Notes under the pieces: generated by a model
Database searches by the model: none
What the model saw: only the letters and a program-made list of their open reading frames with translations
Told to the model about the DNA's origin: nothing
DNA from: an uncultured delta proteobacterium
GTDB taxonomy: Bacteria > Desulfobacterota > RBG-13-43-22
DNA length: 64,000 nucleotides
Reading direction: 5' to 3'
NCBI GenBank assembly: GCA_963743305.1
Contig: CAVUPH010000014.1
Span: 1 to 64,000 of the forward strand
Translations under genes and position numbers: made by a program
In this document: piece after piece, positions 9,930 to 19,841 of the stretch
Layout: every line of letters begins with the position of its first letter
How positions within the stretch are numbered: position 1 is the stretch's first letter

Positions 9930-11834
9930 ATGAACCTGGACGAGGCGTTAAACTTCCTTCAGGGAACCCCCCCTTTTCAAGATCTTGATAAAAACGCCAT
10001 AAGGGACCTAAAGGATCAGATAACCATGGAATCCTATCCACAGGGAAGGATCATCCTTCACCAGGGCGGACCGGCCAGCGAATATTTGCGGGTTATCAAA
10101 AAGGGGGCCGTCAAGCTCATCATCCATCTGGGTCATGGCAATGAAACCTTTATGGATTATCGAGGAGAAGGGGATTCCTTCGGTTTTCTTTCCCTGATCA
10201 GCGGGGACAAATCCCGGGCTGAAGTAGTAGCGATCCAGGACACCCTTTGTTATCTGATTAACCGAGCCACCGTTTTAAATCTCTTACAGAGCCAGCCTCT
10301 TTTTTCTCAATTTTTCCTTTATTATTTCCTATCCAAATATATCGATAAGCCTAAGCAGGAAATGGGCAAGAATAAGTTGCTCTACGGGGGATCCGACCGA
10401 CTGTTGTTTACCACCCCGGTGGGGGAACTGATATCCCGGGATCTGATCACCTCCTCCCAGGAACTTACCATCCAGCAAGCTGCTGAGATCATGTCTAAAA
10501 ACAAGGTCAGTTCCCTTATCCTCCTGGATGATGTGGGCCTCCCGGCCGGGATCATTACCGAGAAGGATTTGCGGGACCGAGTGGTTTCCAAGTCCAGAGA
10601 CCTCCAACTCCCAGTCAAAACCATCCAGAGCGTATCCCTGGTCAGGGTCGAGGCCAAGGAAGACGGCGTGGAAGCCCTGTTCAAGATGCTCCGCTATGAT
10701 ATCCATCATCTCCTGGTGGTGGATAACGGCAAGCTGGTGGGAATCGTCACCCGCAATGACCTCCTGCGACTCCAGGGAGCAACCCCCCTATCGCTGGTTC
10801 GTGAAATCGAAGGGCAGCAGACCATTGAAGGATTAATACCCCTCTCCAAAAAAATAGACCAGATGATCGGCATTTTTCTGCAGGAAGGGACCCGGGCCGG
10901 TAACATCGCCCGGATCATTAGCGAGATGAAAGACCGGTTAGTCCGGAGGGTCCTGGAAATCAGCGAGCGCCGGGTTGGACCGCCGCCCTTTCCTTATTGC
11001 TGGCTGGCTTTAGGCAGCGAGGGACGGAAGGAACAGACGGTTAAGACCGATCGAGATAATGCCCTCCTCTTCGCCGACCCGGACAGCCCGACAGGGGAAT
11101 CCTTGGCCCAAGACTACTTTTCCCGATTAACCGCCCGGGTGGAAAAGGGCCTGGAGGCCTTGGGATACCCGCCCTGCCCCGATGGATTGACGGCGACCAA
11201 TCCCCGCTGGCGCCAATCCCTCAAGGCCTGGAAAGAAACTTTTTCAGACTGGGTGAATAACTTCGACCCTGAAAAAATTATTGTCTGTTTCCCGGTTTTC
11301 GATTTTCGCCCTATCTTCGGATCTATCCCCCTGGCGGAAGAACTGCGGGATCACCTGTCGACCCTGATGGAGCGGCACCGAGGGGTTATCAGTTCCCTGA
11401 CCAACCTGATGGTCCGGAATAATCCGCCGCTGGGTCTGATCCGGAACTTTCTGCTTAAGAAACAAGACCCCCATCGCCATACCTTCGACTTAAAGTTTCA
11501 GGGGATTCTGCCCCTGGTGGACCTGGTCCGTCTTTTCGCTTTGGAAAAAGGTGTCCGCGAGACCTCCACTTTCGAACGCCTCCAGGCCCTAAAAAACCAG
11601 TCCACTCTGATCCAGCCGCACTTGGCCTCGTTGGAATATGCCCTGGAGTCCCTTTTGAAGCTGGACATTCAGCATCAGTTTGAGCAAATGCGCTCGGGGG
11701 AGACTCCCGATCACCGGCTCAACCCCCGAAATCTTAACAAGCTGGAAAAAAAGAACCTGAAAGAGAGTTTTGTCCTGATCGAAAAGCTTCAGGATCAGTT
11801 GGTCAAACGGTTCCGGTTAGCCCGGGCCGCTTAA
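9930..11834 (+). CDS. Second cNMP-CBS-DUF294 putative nucleotidyltransferase
   Basis: Same architecture as 6351..8249; GSEGRKEQTVKTDRDN. Confidence 0.92.
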   Translation: MNLDEALNFLQGTPPFQDLDKNAIRDLKDQITMESYPQGRIILHQGGPASEYLRVIKKGAVKLIIHLGHGNETFMDYRGEGDSFGFLSLISGDKSRAEVVAIQDTLCYLINRATVLNLLQSQPLFSQFFLYYFLSKYIDKPKQEMGKNKLLYGGSDRLLFTTPVGELISRDLITSSQELTIQQAAEIMSKNKVSSLILLDDVGLPAGIITEKDLRDRVVSKSRDLQLPVKTIQSVSLVRVEAKEDGVEALFKMLRYDIHHLLVVDNGKLVGIVTRNDLLRLQGATPLSLVREIEGQQTIEGLIPLSKKIDQMIGIFLQEGTRAGNIARIISEMKDRLVRRVLEISERRVGPPPFPYCWLALGSEGRKEQTVKTDRDNALLFADPDSPTGESLAQDYFSRLTARVEKGLEALGYPPCPDGLTATNPRWRQSLKAWKETFSDWVNNFDPEKIIVCFPVFDFRPIFGSIPLAEELRDHLSTLMERHRGVISSLTNLMVRNNPPLGLIRNFLLKKQDPHRHTFDLKFQGILPLVDLVRLFALEKGVRETSTFERLQALKNQSTLIQPHLASLEYALESLLKLDIQHQFEQMRSGETPDHRLNPRNLNKLEKKNLKESFVLIEKLQDQLVKRFRLARAA

Positions 11835-11860
11835 CTCCTGCGGATGGAAGACCGGCAGCG

Positions 11861-12589
11861 ATGGGGTTTCTTGGAAAGAAGAAAAAAGAAAAGAACGGGA
11901 CCGCCGGCTCCGAGCCTAACAGCCCCGATGGGCAAAGTCCCCTGCGGGAAATTTCCTATGTTTTTTTCGATACCGAATTGACCGGCCTGGATGAAAAAAA
12001 AGACTATCTCCTCTCCATCGGGGCCGTGAACATGGTCAACGGCCGTATCGAATTGGGCACCACTTTTTACCAACTGATCAAACCCCGGTCTTTCCCGAAC
12101 GGGGACAGTGTCATCATTCATGAGATCACCCCTTCCGAGGTCACAGAGCAGCCCGAAGTGGATCTGGTCTTGTCCGATTTCCGGACCTACATTAACGGTC
12201 GGGTGCTGGCCGGGTACTACCTGACCATCGATTTGGGTTTCCTCAACCGGGAAATGCGGCGTATTTTCGACCGTCCCCTGGACAACCCGGCCATCGATAC
12301 CTACCGACTCTATCAATGGCTGCACCAGAAATACCCGGAAGAAACTACCTTTACCCTTCCGGCAGAACAACTGGATCTATACGCCCTGGCCCGGACCTTT
12401 GACATCCCTTTTTCCAGCCAGCACAACGCCCTGGAGGATGCCCTGATTGCGGCCCAGGTCTTTCAACGTTTTCTCCCTTGGCTTAGTCAAGCCGGAGTCC
12501 GGACTTTGGAAGAATTAATCCGCTTAGGCGACCCGTACAAAGGAGGTGAAGATCGATTTCGGGCGCCGGCACAAATCAGTAATCTCTAA
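11861..12589 (+). CDS. DEDDh 3'-5' exonuclease-family protein (DnaQ-like)
   Basis: FFDTELTG, LTIDLGFLN and HNALEDA motifs. Confidence 0.88.
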   Translation: MGFLGKKKKEKNGTAGSEPNSPDGQSPLREISYVFFDTELTGLDEKKDYLLSIGAVNMVNGRIELGTTFYQLIKPRSFPNGDSVIIHEITPSEVTEQPEVDLVLSDFRTYINGRVLAGYYLTIDLGFLNREMRRIFDRPLDNPAIDTYRLYQWLHQKYPEETTFTLPAEQLDLYALARTFDIPFSSQHNALEDALIAAQVFQRFLPWLSQAGVRTLEELIRLGDPYKGGEDRFRAPAQISNL

Positions 12590-12609
12590 AACTAAAAGGA
12601 GGGAATGTT

Positions 12610-12909
12610 ATGGGTAAAACAGCACATGAAATTGTAACATCAGACCGTTTCAAAGCCCTTGTCAGGAAAAGGTGGAGCGTCAGTATCATTCTGACCATCC
12701 TGCTCTTTGTCAGCTATTACGGGATTATTCTGGTTATCGCCTACGGAAAAGAATTCCTCAGCCAAAAAGTGGGAGAATTTACCAACTGGGGGATCATCTT
12801 GGGGATCTTTGGTATTGTTTTTGCCTGGATATTGACCGCGATTTATGTCGTCTGGGCCAATAACGTCTACGACAAAGAAGTCGATTCCATTAAACAAACG
12901 ATGGTATAA
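12610..12909 (+). CDS. DUF485 (YjcH-like) membrane protein
   Basis: FKALVRKR...YVVWANNVYD, two TM helices, directly upstream of actP. Confidence 0.88.
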   Translation: MGKTAHEIVTSDRFKALVRKRWSVSIILTILLFVSYYGIILVIAYGKEFLSQKVGEFTNWGIILGIFGIVFAWILTAIYVVWANNVYDKEVDSIKQTMV

Positions 12910-12919
12910 GGAGGGCATT

Positions 12920-14465
12920 ATGGGAGGAGCAACTACTGTAGGTGAAACCAATGCCACGGCGATTATATTTTTTATCGTCTTTATCAGTGTTACCCTATAC
13001 ATTACCTATTGGGCGGCGAAACGGACCAAGACCACTAAAGAATATTATGCCGCCGGCCGGAGTATAACCGGCTTCCAGAACGGGGTGGCCCTGGCCGGGG
13101 ACTATATGTCGGCCGCCTCTTTCCTGGGTATTTGCGGCATGACCGCTTTGAAAGGCTATGACGGGATGATTTATGCCTTAGGCTGGCTGGTGGGTTGGCC
13201 GGCCCTGATGTTTCTGATGGCCGAACCCCTGCGGAATTTAGGCAAATATACCTTTGCCGACGTGGTGGCCTATCGCCTGAAGCAAAAACCCATCCGGATC
13301 GCCGCGGCCATCGGCGGCGTCCTGGTCTTATGGACTTATGCCACGGCCCAGATGGTCGGGGCCGGCAACCTGATCAAGTTGATGTTCGGTTTGCCTTATG
13401 AACTGGCCGAAGTGATCGTCGGGGTGGTTATGCTGATGTACGTGCTTTTCGGCGGCATGATCGCCACCACCTGGGTCCAGATCATCAAGGCCTGCTTGCT
13501 GCTGGGCGGGGTGACGGTCCTGATGCTGATCGGCATGTCCCATTTCAACTTCAACCCCGGGGTCCTTTATGGGGAAGTTCAGAAAATGTACAGCGTCAAG
13601 ATGCTCAATCCCGGCGGTCTGGTCTCTAATCCCTTAGACGCCATTTCTCTGGGCCTGGCCTTGATGCTCGGCCTCCTGGGCCTGCCCCATATCCTGATGC
13701 GTTTTTACACTGTGCCCGATGCCAAGGCGGCCCGCAAGTCGGTTATGTGGGCCACCACCCTTGATCGGTTATTTCTACTGCATCATCCCCCTTGTCGGTT
13801 TTTCCGCGGCCGTCCTGGTCGGTCAAAACCTGATTAAAAAAGTCGATGCCGGAGGCAACATGGCTGCCCCGCTCCTGGCCGAACTGCTGGGCGGGAATCC
13901 TTTCATGGGCTTTATTGCCGCCGTGGCCTTTGCCACCATCCTGGCCGTGGTCTCCGGTCTGACCCTGGCGGCTGCTTCGGCCATGGCCCATGACCTCTAC
14001 CTGAATGTCTTTAAGGGCGGGAAAGCCACCGAGGCCGAACAGGTCAAAGTGGCCAAGATAGGCACCGTCATTTTCGGCATTATTGCCATTCTGACCGGGA
14101 TCGCCTTTAAGGGTCAGAATGTGGCCTATATGGTGGGTCTGACCTTTGCTATTGCCTGCAGCGGTCCCTTTCCGGCTATTTTCCTGTCCATCGTCTGGAA
14201 GAAGCTCACCACCTGGGGGGCGGTTGCGGCCATTCTCGTCGGCTCGGTGTCCGCCGTGGTCTGTATTGCCCTCAGCCCCACCGTCTGGGTGGATGTCCTT
14301 AAGAACAAGGAAGCCATCTTCCCCTTACGGAATCCGGCTATTTTGACCATGACCCTGGCCTTTCTGGCCGCCTGGATCGTTTCGATTGTGGCGCCGGATA
14401 AGGAGGCCGAGGCCAAGTTTGAAGGTACTCTGGTCAGGACCTACCTGGGTGTGGGCGCGGAGTAA
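12920..14465 (+). CDS. actP: Cation/acetate symporter (frameshift near 13760)
   Basis: QNGVALAGDYMSAASFLG, GLPHILMRFYTVPDAKAARKS, AVAFATILAVVSGL; split over two frames. Confidence 0.9.
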
Positions 14466-14485
14466 CGGGTCGTCCGCTAATCAAA

Positions 14486-14526
14486 ATGGCCCCATTCGGA
14501 AACGATCTGTTTCCGAATGGGGCCAT
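14486..14526 (+). terminator. Perfect 18-bp stem-loop after actP
   Basis: ATGGCCCCATTCGGAAAC-gatct-GTTTCCGAATGGGGCCAT; no U-tract. Confidence 0.6.
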
Positions 14527-14715
14527 CAGTCACTAACCGTCAGCAATCGGCGTAAGCTTTTTATCTGAAAATTGGGGAAGCAGAAATTGTGAATAAACCA
14601 CTAGGACCGTGATATCCGTAGTGTTAGGAAAAAAATGGCAAGGTGAGCAAGCGAGAAAATTGGCAAGGCGATCATTTAGAGCCTGAAAAAAATATAAAAA
14701 GGAGCGAAAAAAACC

Positions 14716-16764
14716 ATGGCTGAAAAAGAAGAATCAGGCGTTGAAACGTCCGAAGCTGAAATAGCGGTGCATTGGCAGGAAGAGGGATTGGTTTATCCTT
14801 CGGTCAAGTTCATTGCCCAGGCCAACATGACCGATGAAACGATTTATGATCGTTTTTCCTTGGAGAATTTTCCAGACTGTTTCAAAGAATATGCCGACAT
14901 GTTGACCTGGTACAAGTACTGGGACGAAATCCTCGATACCAGTGATGCCCCCTGTTACAAGTGGTTTAAGGGCGGTTTGATCAATGCCAGCTACAACTGT
15001 ATCGACCGACATCTGGCCAAGTATAAGAACAAAACCGCGATCCATTTTGTACCGGAACTGGAGAATGAAAAGACCGAACATGTCACCTACCAGGAGTTGT
15101 ATGTCCGGGTGAATGAGTTTGCCGCCATCCTGCAGAATGAATGCGGCCTGAAGGCCGGGGACCGGGTCACCCTGCATTTGCCTATGGTGGCCGAACTACC
15201 GATTACCATGCTGGCCTGCGCCCGGCTCGGCGTTATTCATTCTCAGGTCTTCGGCGGGTTCAGCGCCAGGGCCTGCGCGGACCGGATCGTTGACTCCGGG
15301 AGTGAATACCTGATCACCATGGACGCTTATTATCGGGCCGGCCAGCTTCAAGAGCATAAGGAGAAGGCGGATATTGCCCTGGAAGCGGCGGCCAAAGAAG
15401 GACAGCAGGTCAAAAAGGTCCTGGTCTGGCAGCGTTATCCCGGCAAATATTCCTCCAAGATCCCGATGGTGGATGGCCGCGATTTCTTTGTCAATGACCT
15501 GCTGAAGAAATATTACGGCGCCCGGGTTGAGCCGGTCAAGATGCCGGCGGAAGCGCCGCTGTTTCTCATGTATACCAGCGGCACCACCGGAAAGCCCAAA
15601 GGCGCCCAGCACAGCACCGGCGGTTATCTGGCCTATGTCACCGGCACCTCGAAGTACGTTCAGGACATTCATCCGGAAGACGTGTACTGGTGTATGGCGG
15701 ACATCGGCTGGATTACGGGCCATTCCTATATTGTCTATGGTCCGCTGGCCTTAGCGGCCTCTACGGTTATTTATGAAGGGGTCCCTACTTATCCGGATGC
15801 CGGCCGATCCTGGAGGATTGCGCAGGACCTGGATGTGAATATTTTCCACACCGCACCGACGGCCATCCGGGCGCTGAGAAAGGTCGGCCCCGATGAACCG
15901 AAAAAATATCATTATCACTTCAAACATATGACCACCGTGGGGGAGCCGATCGAGCCTGAAGTCTGGCGATGGTATTATAAGGAGGTCGGCAAAGGCGAGG
16001 CGATCATTGTGGATACCTGGTGGCAGACGGAAAACGGCGGTTTCCTGTGCAGCACACTCCCGGCCATTAAACCCATGAAGCCCGGCAGTGCCGGCCCGGG
16101 TATGCCCGGTATCCATCCGATCGTTTATGACAATGATGGAAACGTTGTTCCGCAAGGGTCAGGCAAGGCCGGCAACATCTGCATCCAAAACCCCTGGCCC
16201 GGCATGTTCCAGACCATATGGGGAGACCGCGACCGTTTTGTCAAAACCTATTTTGAAAGATACTGCAAAGACCCAAAGAGCAAGAGATGGCAAGATTGGC
16301 CGTATCTTACCGGTGATGCCGCGGTGGTGGCTAAGGACGGGTATGTCCGCATCCTCGGTAGAATTGACGATGTGATCAACGTTTCCGGTCACCGACTGGG
16401 GACCAAAGAGATTGAATCCGCTGCTTTGACCCACCCGGATGTGGCCGAGGCGGCGGTGGTTCCGGTGAAGCATGAGATCAAAGGCGTAGAACCGGATCTG
16501 TATATTGCCTTGAAACCCGGCAAAACCGCATCCGCGGAAGTTGCCAAAGCCATATCCCAGTGTATCGTCAAGGAAATCGGCGCCATCGCCAGGCCGAGAA
16601 AGGTCTGGATTGTCGCTGACATGCCGAAGACCCGGTCGGGAAAGATCATGCGCCGTGTACTGGGCGCTATTTCCAACCACACGGATGTCGGCGATGTGAT
16701 GACCCTGGCCAATCCTGAAATCGTAGAGGCCATTCTCCAGATGAATAAGGAATCCGGAGTGTAA
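14716..16764 (+). CDS. acs: Acetate--CoA ligase (AMP-forming)
   Basis: YTSGTTGKPKG, DTWWQTE, GRIDDVINVSGHRLGT, PKTRSGKIMRR. Confidence 0.95.
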   Translation: MAEKEESGVETSEAEIAVHWQEEGLVYPSVKFIAQANMTDETIYDRFSLENFPDCFKEYADMLTWYKYWDEILDTSDAPCYKWFKGGLINASYNCIDRHLAKYKNKTAIHFVPELENEKTEHVTYQELYVRVNEFAAILQNECGLKAGDRVTLHLPMVAELPITMLACARLGVIHSQVFGGFSARACADRIVDSGSEYLITMDAYYRAGQLQEHKEKADIALEAAAKEGQQVKKVLVWQRYPGKYSSKIPMVDGRDFFVNDLLKKYYGARVEPVKMPAEAPLFLMYTSGTTGKPKGAQHSTGGYLAYVTGTSKYVQDIHPEDVYWCMADIGWITGHSYIVYGPLALAASTVIYEGVPTYPDAGRSWRIAQDLDVNIFHTAPTAIRALRKVGPDEPKKYHYHFKHMTTVGEPIEPEVWRWYYKEVGKGEAIIVDTWWQTENGGFLCSTLPAIKPMKPGSAGPGMPGIHPIVYDNDGNVVPQGSGKAGNICIQNPWPGMFQTIWGDRDRFVKTYFERYCKDPKSKRWQDWPYLTGDAAVVAKDGYVRILGRIDDVINVSGHRLGTKEIESAALTHPDVAEAAVVPVKHEIKGVEPDLYIALKPGKTASAEVAKAISQCIVKEIGAIARPRKVWIVADMPKTRSGKIMRRVLGAISNHTDVGDVMTLANPEIVEAILQMNKESGV

Positions 16765-16850
16765 GACGTCGTTTGAAGATTTGATATTTCTCCAAAGGAC
16801 ATTAAGAGTGAAAACATAATTTGGTTATTGACCATTTTCAGTTTTTTTTC

Positions 16851-16997
16851 GTCATGCCGGACTCGATTCGGCATCCAAGATTGGCAAAGAGTCTCTCCGC
16901 GGGGAGGACGATCGTCGTCGGGCACACCACCGTTCGGCAATCGGCCTCCCCTTCTCCGGCAGGCCGGGGAGGGTGATGCGATCCCCTCCCCGGCCTG
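16851..16997. repeat. REP-like palindrome plus GC-rich hairpin
   Basis: gtcatgccggactcgattcggcatcca at 16851-16877; caggccggggagggt...cccctccccggcctg at 16960-16997. Confidence 0.5.
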
Positions 16998-17043
16998 CTC
17001 CTCCAACAAACCAGATTGGGAATGCTCCCTGAGAAAGGGCCTT

Positions 17044-17598
17044 ATGGTAGATAAATTTCTCATTAGAAAAGGTGAGGTCATTTTAGTCCTCATCGATATC
17101 CAGGAGAAACTGGCCGCCGCCATGAAAAAAAGGGAGACGGTGACGGCCAATTGCCTCCACCTGGTGGAGCTGGCAAAGCTCCTCGATATCCCGATTCTAT
17201 TGACCGAACAATACCCCAAAGGGCTGGGGCCAACCCTCAAGGAAATCAAAACGGCCCTGCCGCTGTACGAACCCTTTGAGAAAACCGCCTTTGACTGCTG
17301 CCGGGAGATCGGCTTCATCGAAAAGGTAGCGGCCTCCGGAAGGCAAAAAATCCTGCTTACCGGCATGGAGACCCACATCTGCGTTCTGCAGACCGCGCTC
17401 GGTTTGATTCAGGCCGGCTATGCGGTCCAGGTCATCCAGGATGCCTGCTGTTCCCGGACCAAGGATAATTTTAAAATCGGCCTGGAATGGCTGCGCGACG
17501 CCGGGGCAACCATCACCGGAACGGAAACGGTTCTTTTCCAACTGCTGGAAAAGGCGGGTACTGAGCCGTTTAAGGTTATTTCGAAAAGGATAAGGTAA
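17044..17598 (+). CDS. Isochorismatase-family cysteine hydrolase
   Basis: LIDIQEKL, TEQYPKGLGPT, EKTAF, GMETHICVLQT; start placed at ATG 17044. Confidence 0.9.
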   Translation: MVDKFLIRKGEVILVLIDIQEKLAAAMKKRETVTANCLHLVELAKLLDIPILLTEQYPKGLGPTLKEIKTALPLYEPFEKTAFDCCREIGFIEKVAASGRQKILLTGMETHICVLQTALGLIQAGYAVQVIQDACCSRTKDNFKIGLEWLRDAGATITGTETVLFQLLEKAGTEPFKVISKRIR

Positions 17599-17706
17599 AA
17601 CCAGGCATTCAGAAGACAGAAGTCAGGAGAAAATAACTTAAATCAACCCTTGCTGTTTTTTTTTTGTCTCCTGTATTCTGTAATTCAATACCAAAAGGAG
17701 ACTCTT

Positions 17707-19608
17707 ATGACCTATCAAGAGATGTACCGGGAATCGATCGAAAAACCCGAATCTTTCTGGGGAAGGGCGGCGGAAGAGATCGTCTGGGATCGGAAATGGG
17801 ACCAGGTCCTGGACGATTCCCAGAAACCCTTCTACCGCTGGTTTAAAGGGGGCCGGCTGAACACTTGTTTTAATGCCGTCGATGTCCACGTCCAGCAGGG
17901 GCGGGGCAGCCAGCCGGCCTTGATCTACGACAGCCCGGTCACCAACACGATTCAAACGACCACCTATCAGGAACTCCTGGACCGGGTTTCCCGAATCGCC
18001 GGTTTTCTAAAAGCACTGGGGGTCCAAAAAGGGGATACGGTGATCGTCTATATGCCCATGATCCCGGAAGCCGTCCTGTCCATGCTGGCCTGTGCCCGAC
18101 TGGGGGCCATCCATTCCGTGGTCTTCGGGGGGTTTGCCCCCCGGGAGCTGGCCATCCGCATCGATGACGCCAAACCCAAGGTCATCCTCTCCGCTTCCTG
18201 CGGAATCGAAGGGCAACGGGTCATTCCTTATAAACCTCTGCTGGATGAAGCCATCCAACTGGCGGAAAGCAAACCGGAAAAATGCGTCATCTTCCAGCGC
18301 CCCCTGGCCCCGGCCGACTTGATCCCCGACCGCGATCTGGAATGGACCCACCTGGAGGCCCAGGCTCATCCGGCCGACTGCGTTTCCGTGGAGGCCACCG
18401 ATCCCTTGTACATCCTTTACACCTCCGGGACCACCGGAAAGCCCAAGGGGGTGGTCCGGGACAACGGCGGCCATGCCGTGGCCTTGAAATGGAGCATGAA
18501 GCATATTTACAACATCGGCCCGGGGGAGGTTTATTGGGCGGCCTCGGACGTGGGCTGGGTGGTCGGCCACTCCTATATCGTTTACGCGCCCCTTTTCATG
18601 GGCGCCACCTCCATCGTCTATGAGGGAAAACCGGTGGGTACCCCCGACCCCGGGGCCTTCTGGCGGGTCATTTCCCAGCACGGCGTCAAGGCCCTGTTTA
18701 CGGCGCCCACGGCCATCCGGGCCATCAAGCGGGAGGATTCCAAAGGCGAATTCCTGAAAAAATACGACCTGTCCAAATTCGAAACCCTTTTTCTGGCCGG
18801 CGAACGCCTCGACCCGGACACCTACCACTGGGCCACCGACCTGCTTAAAAAACCGGTCATCGACCACTGGTGGCAGACCGAAACCGGCTGGGCCATCGCC
18901 GGGAACTTCCGGGGGTTGGAACTTTTTCCCATCAAACCCGGATCGGCCACCATGCCCATGCCCGGCTACAACATCAAAATTCTGGAACCCGCCACCGGCC
19001 AGGAACTGGGGCCCAATGAAAACGGGATGATCGTGGTCAAGCTGCCCCTGCCGCCGGCCAACCTGCCCACACTCTGGCAGGACGATCAACGCTTTCTGAA
19101 CTCCTATATGAACCCCTATCCCGGATATTACCTTACCGGAGACGGCGGGTATTTGGACGAAGAGGGGTATGTCTTTGTCATGGGCCGGGTAGATGACGTG
19201 ATCAACGTGGCCGGGCATCGCCTGTCCACCGGCGGGATGGAAGAGGTCCTCTCACGCCATCCCGACGTGGCCGAATGCGCGGTCATGGGGGTGGCCGACG
19301 ACCTGAAAGGCCAGGTGCCGGTGGGAATGATCGTTCTCAAGAGCGGGGTCACCCGCCCACCGGAGGAAATCGTCGCCGAAGTCATCCAGATGGTCCGAAA
19401 GGATATCGGCGCCGTAGCCTCCTTCAAAAAGGCGGTGGTGGTCAAGCGCCTGCCCAAGACCCGCTCCGGCAAGATCCTCCGCGGGACCATGCGTAAGATC
19501 GCCGACGGCGAGGAATTCAAAATCCCCTCCACTATCGACGATCCGGTCATCCTGGATGAGATCGGCGACTCCCTGAAGACCATCGGCTATGGAAAGGCCC
19601 CCGCTTAG
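17707..19608 (+). CDS. prpE: Propionyl-CoA synthetase
   Basis: YILYTSGTTGKPKGVVRDNGGH, FLAGERLDP, DHWWQTETGW, PKTRSGKILR. Confidence 0.9.
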   Translation: MTYQEMYRESIEKPESFWGRAAEEIVWDRKWDQVLDDSQKPFYRWFKGGRLNTCFNAVDVHVQQGRGSQPALIYDSPVTNTIQTTTYQELLDRVSRIAGFLKALGVQKGDTVIVYMPMIPEAVLSMLACARLGAIHSVVFGGFAPRELAIRIDDAKPKVILSASCGIEGQRVIPYKPLLDEAIQLAESKPEKCVIFQRPLAPADLIPDRDLEWTHLEAQAHPADCVSVEATDPLYILYTSGTTGKPKGVVRDNGGHAVALKWSMKHIYNIGPGEVYWAASDVGWVVGHSYIVYAPLFMGATSIVYEGKPVGTPDPGAFWRVISQHGVKALFTAPTAIRAIKREDSKGEFLKKYDLSKFETLFLAGERLDPDTYHWATDLLKKPVIDHWWQTETGWAIAGNFRGLELFPIKPGSATMPMPGYNIKILEPATGQELGPNENGMIVVKLPLPPANLPTLWQDDQRFLNSYMNPYPGYYLTGDGGYLDEEGYVFVMGRVDDVINVAGHRLSTGGMEEVLSRHPDVAECAVMGVADDLKGQVPVGMIVLKSGVTRPPEEIVAEVIQMVRKDIGAVASFKKAVVVKRLPKTRSGKILRGTMRKIADGEEFKIPSTIDDPVILDEIGDSLKTIGYGKAPA

Positions 19609-19643
19609 CACACCGGCCAAAAAGGTCTCGCCCCAAGCTTAAA

Positions 19644-19671
19644 CCGGAAGTCCCCCGCGGGGGGCTTCCGG
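19644..19671. terminator. GC-rich hairpin after prpE
   Basis: CCGGAAGTCCCCC-gc-GGGGGGCTTCCGG. Confidence 0.55.
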
Positions 19672-19841
19672 CCCCATTGAGGCACTCAATATTAATTAAT
19701 AGTTGACAATTGATTATTAATTATTAAGTAAATAACTTAGCAGATAGTCCCGCTCCTTATATTTTCAGCCTTCGAGAGTGCCCGCTCCTGGATAAAGGGA
19801 TTTCCCGCGAAAGAATCCGGCCTTGGTCGGGAACCCGAATA

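Noticed and set aside
14633-14672. Sigma54 promoter for acs from two TGGCAAGG motifs
   Set aside because: Neither has GC at the -12 position with 10-nt spacing.
16389-19218. Long antisense ORFs (329 aa, 403 aa) and similar shadows elsewhere
   Set aside because: They overlap well-supported genes on the opposite strand, lack motifs and are expected in GC-rich DNA.
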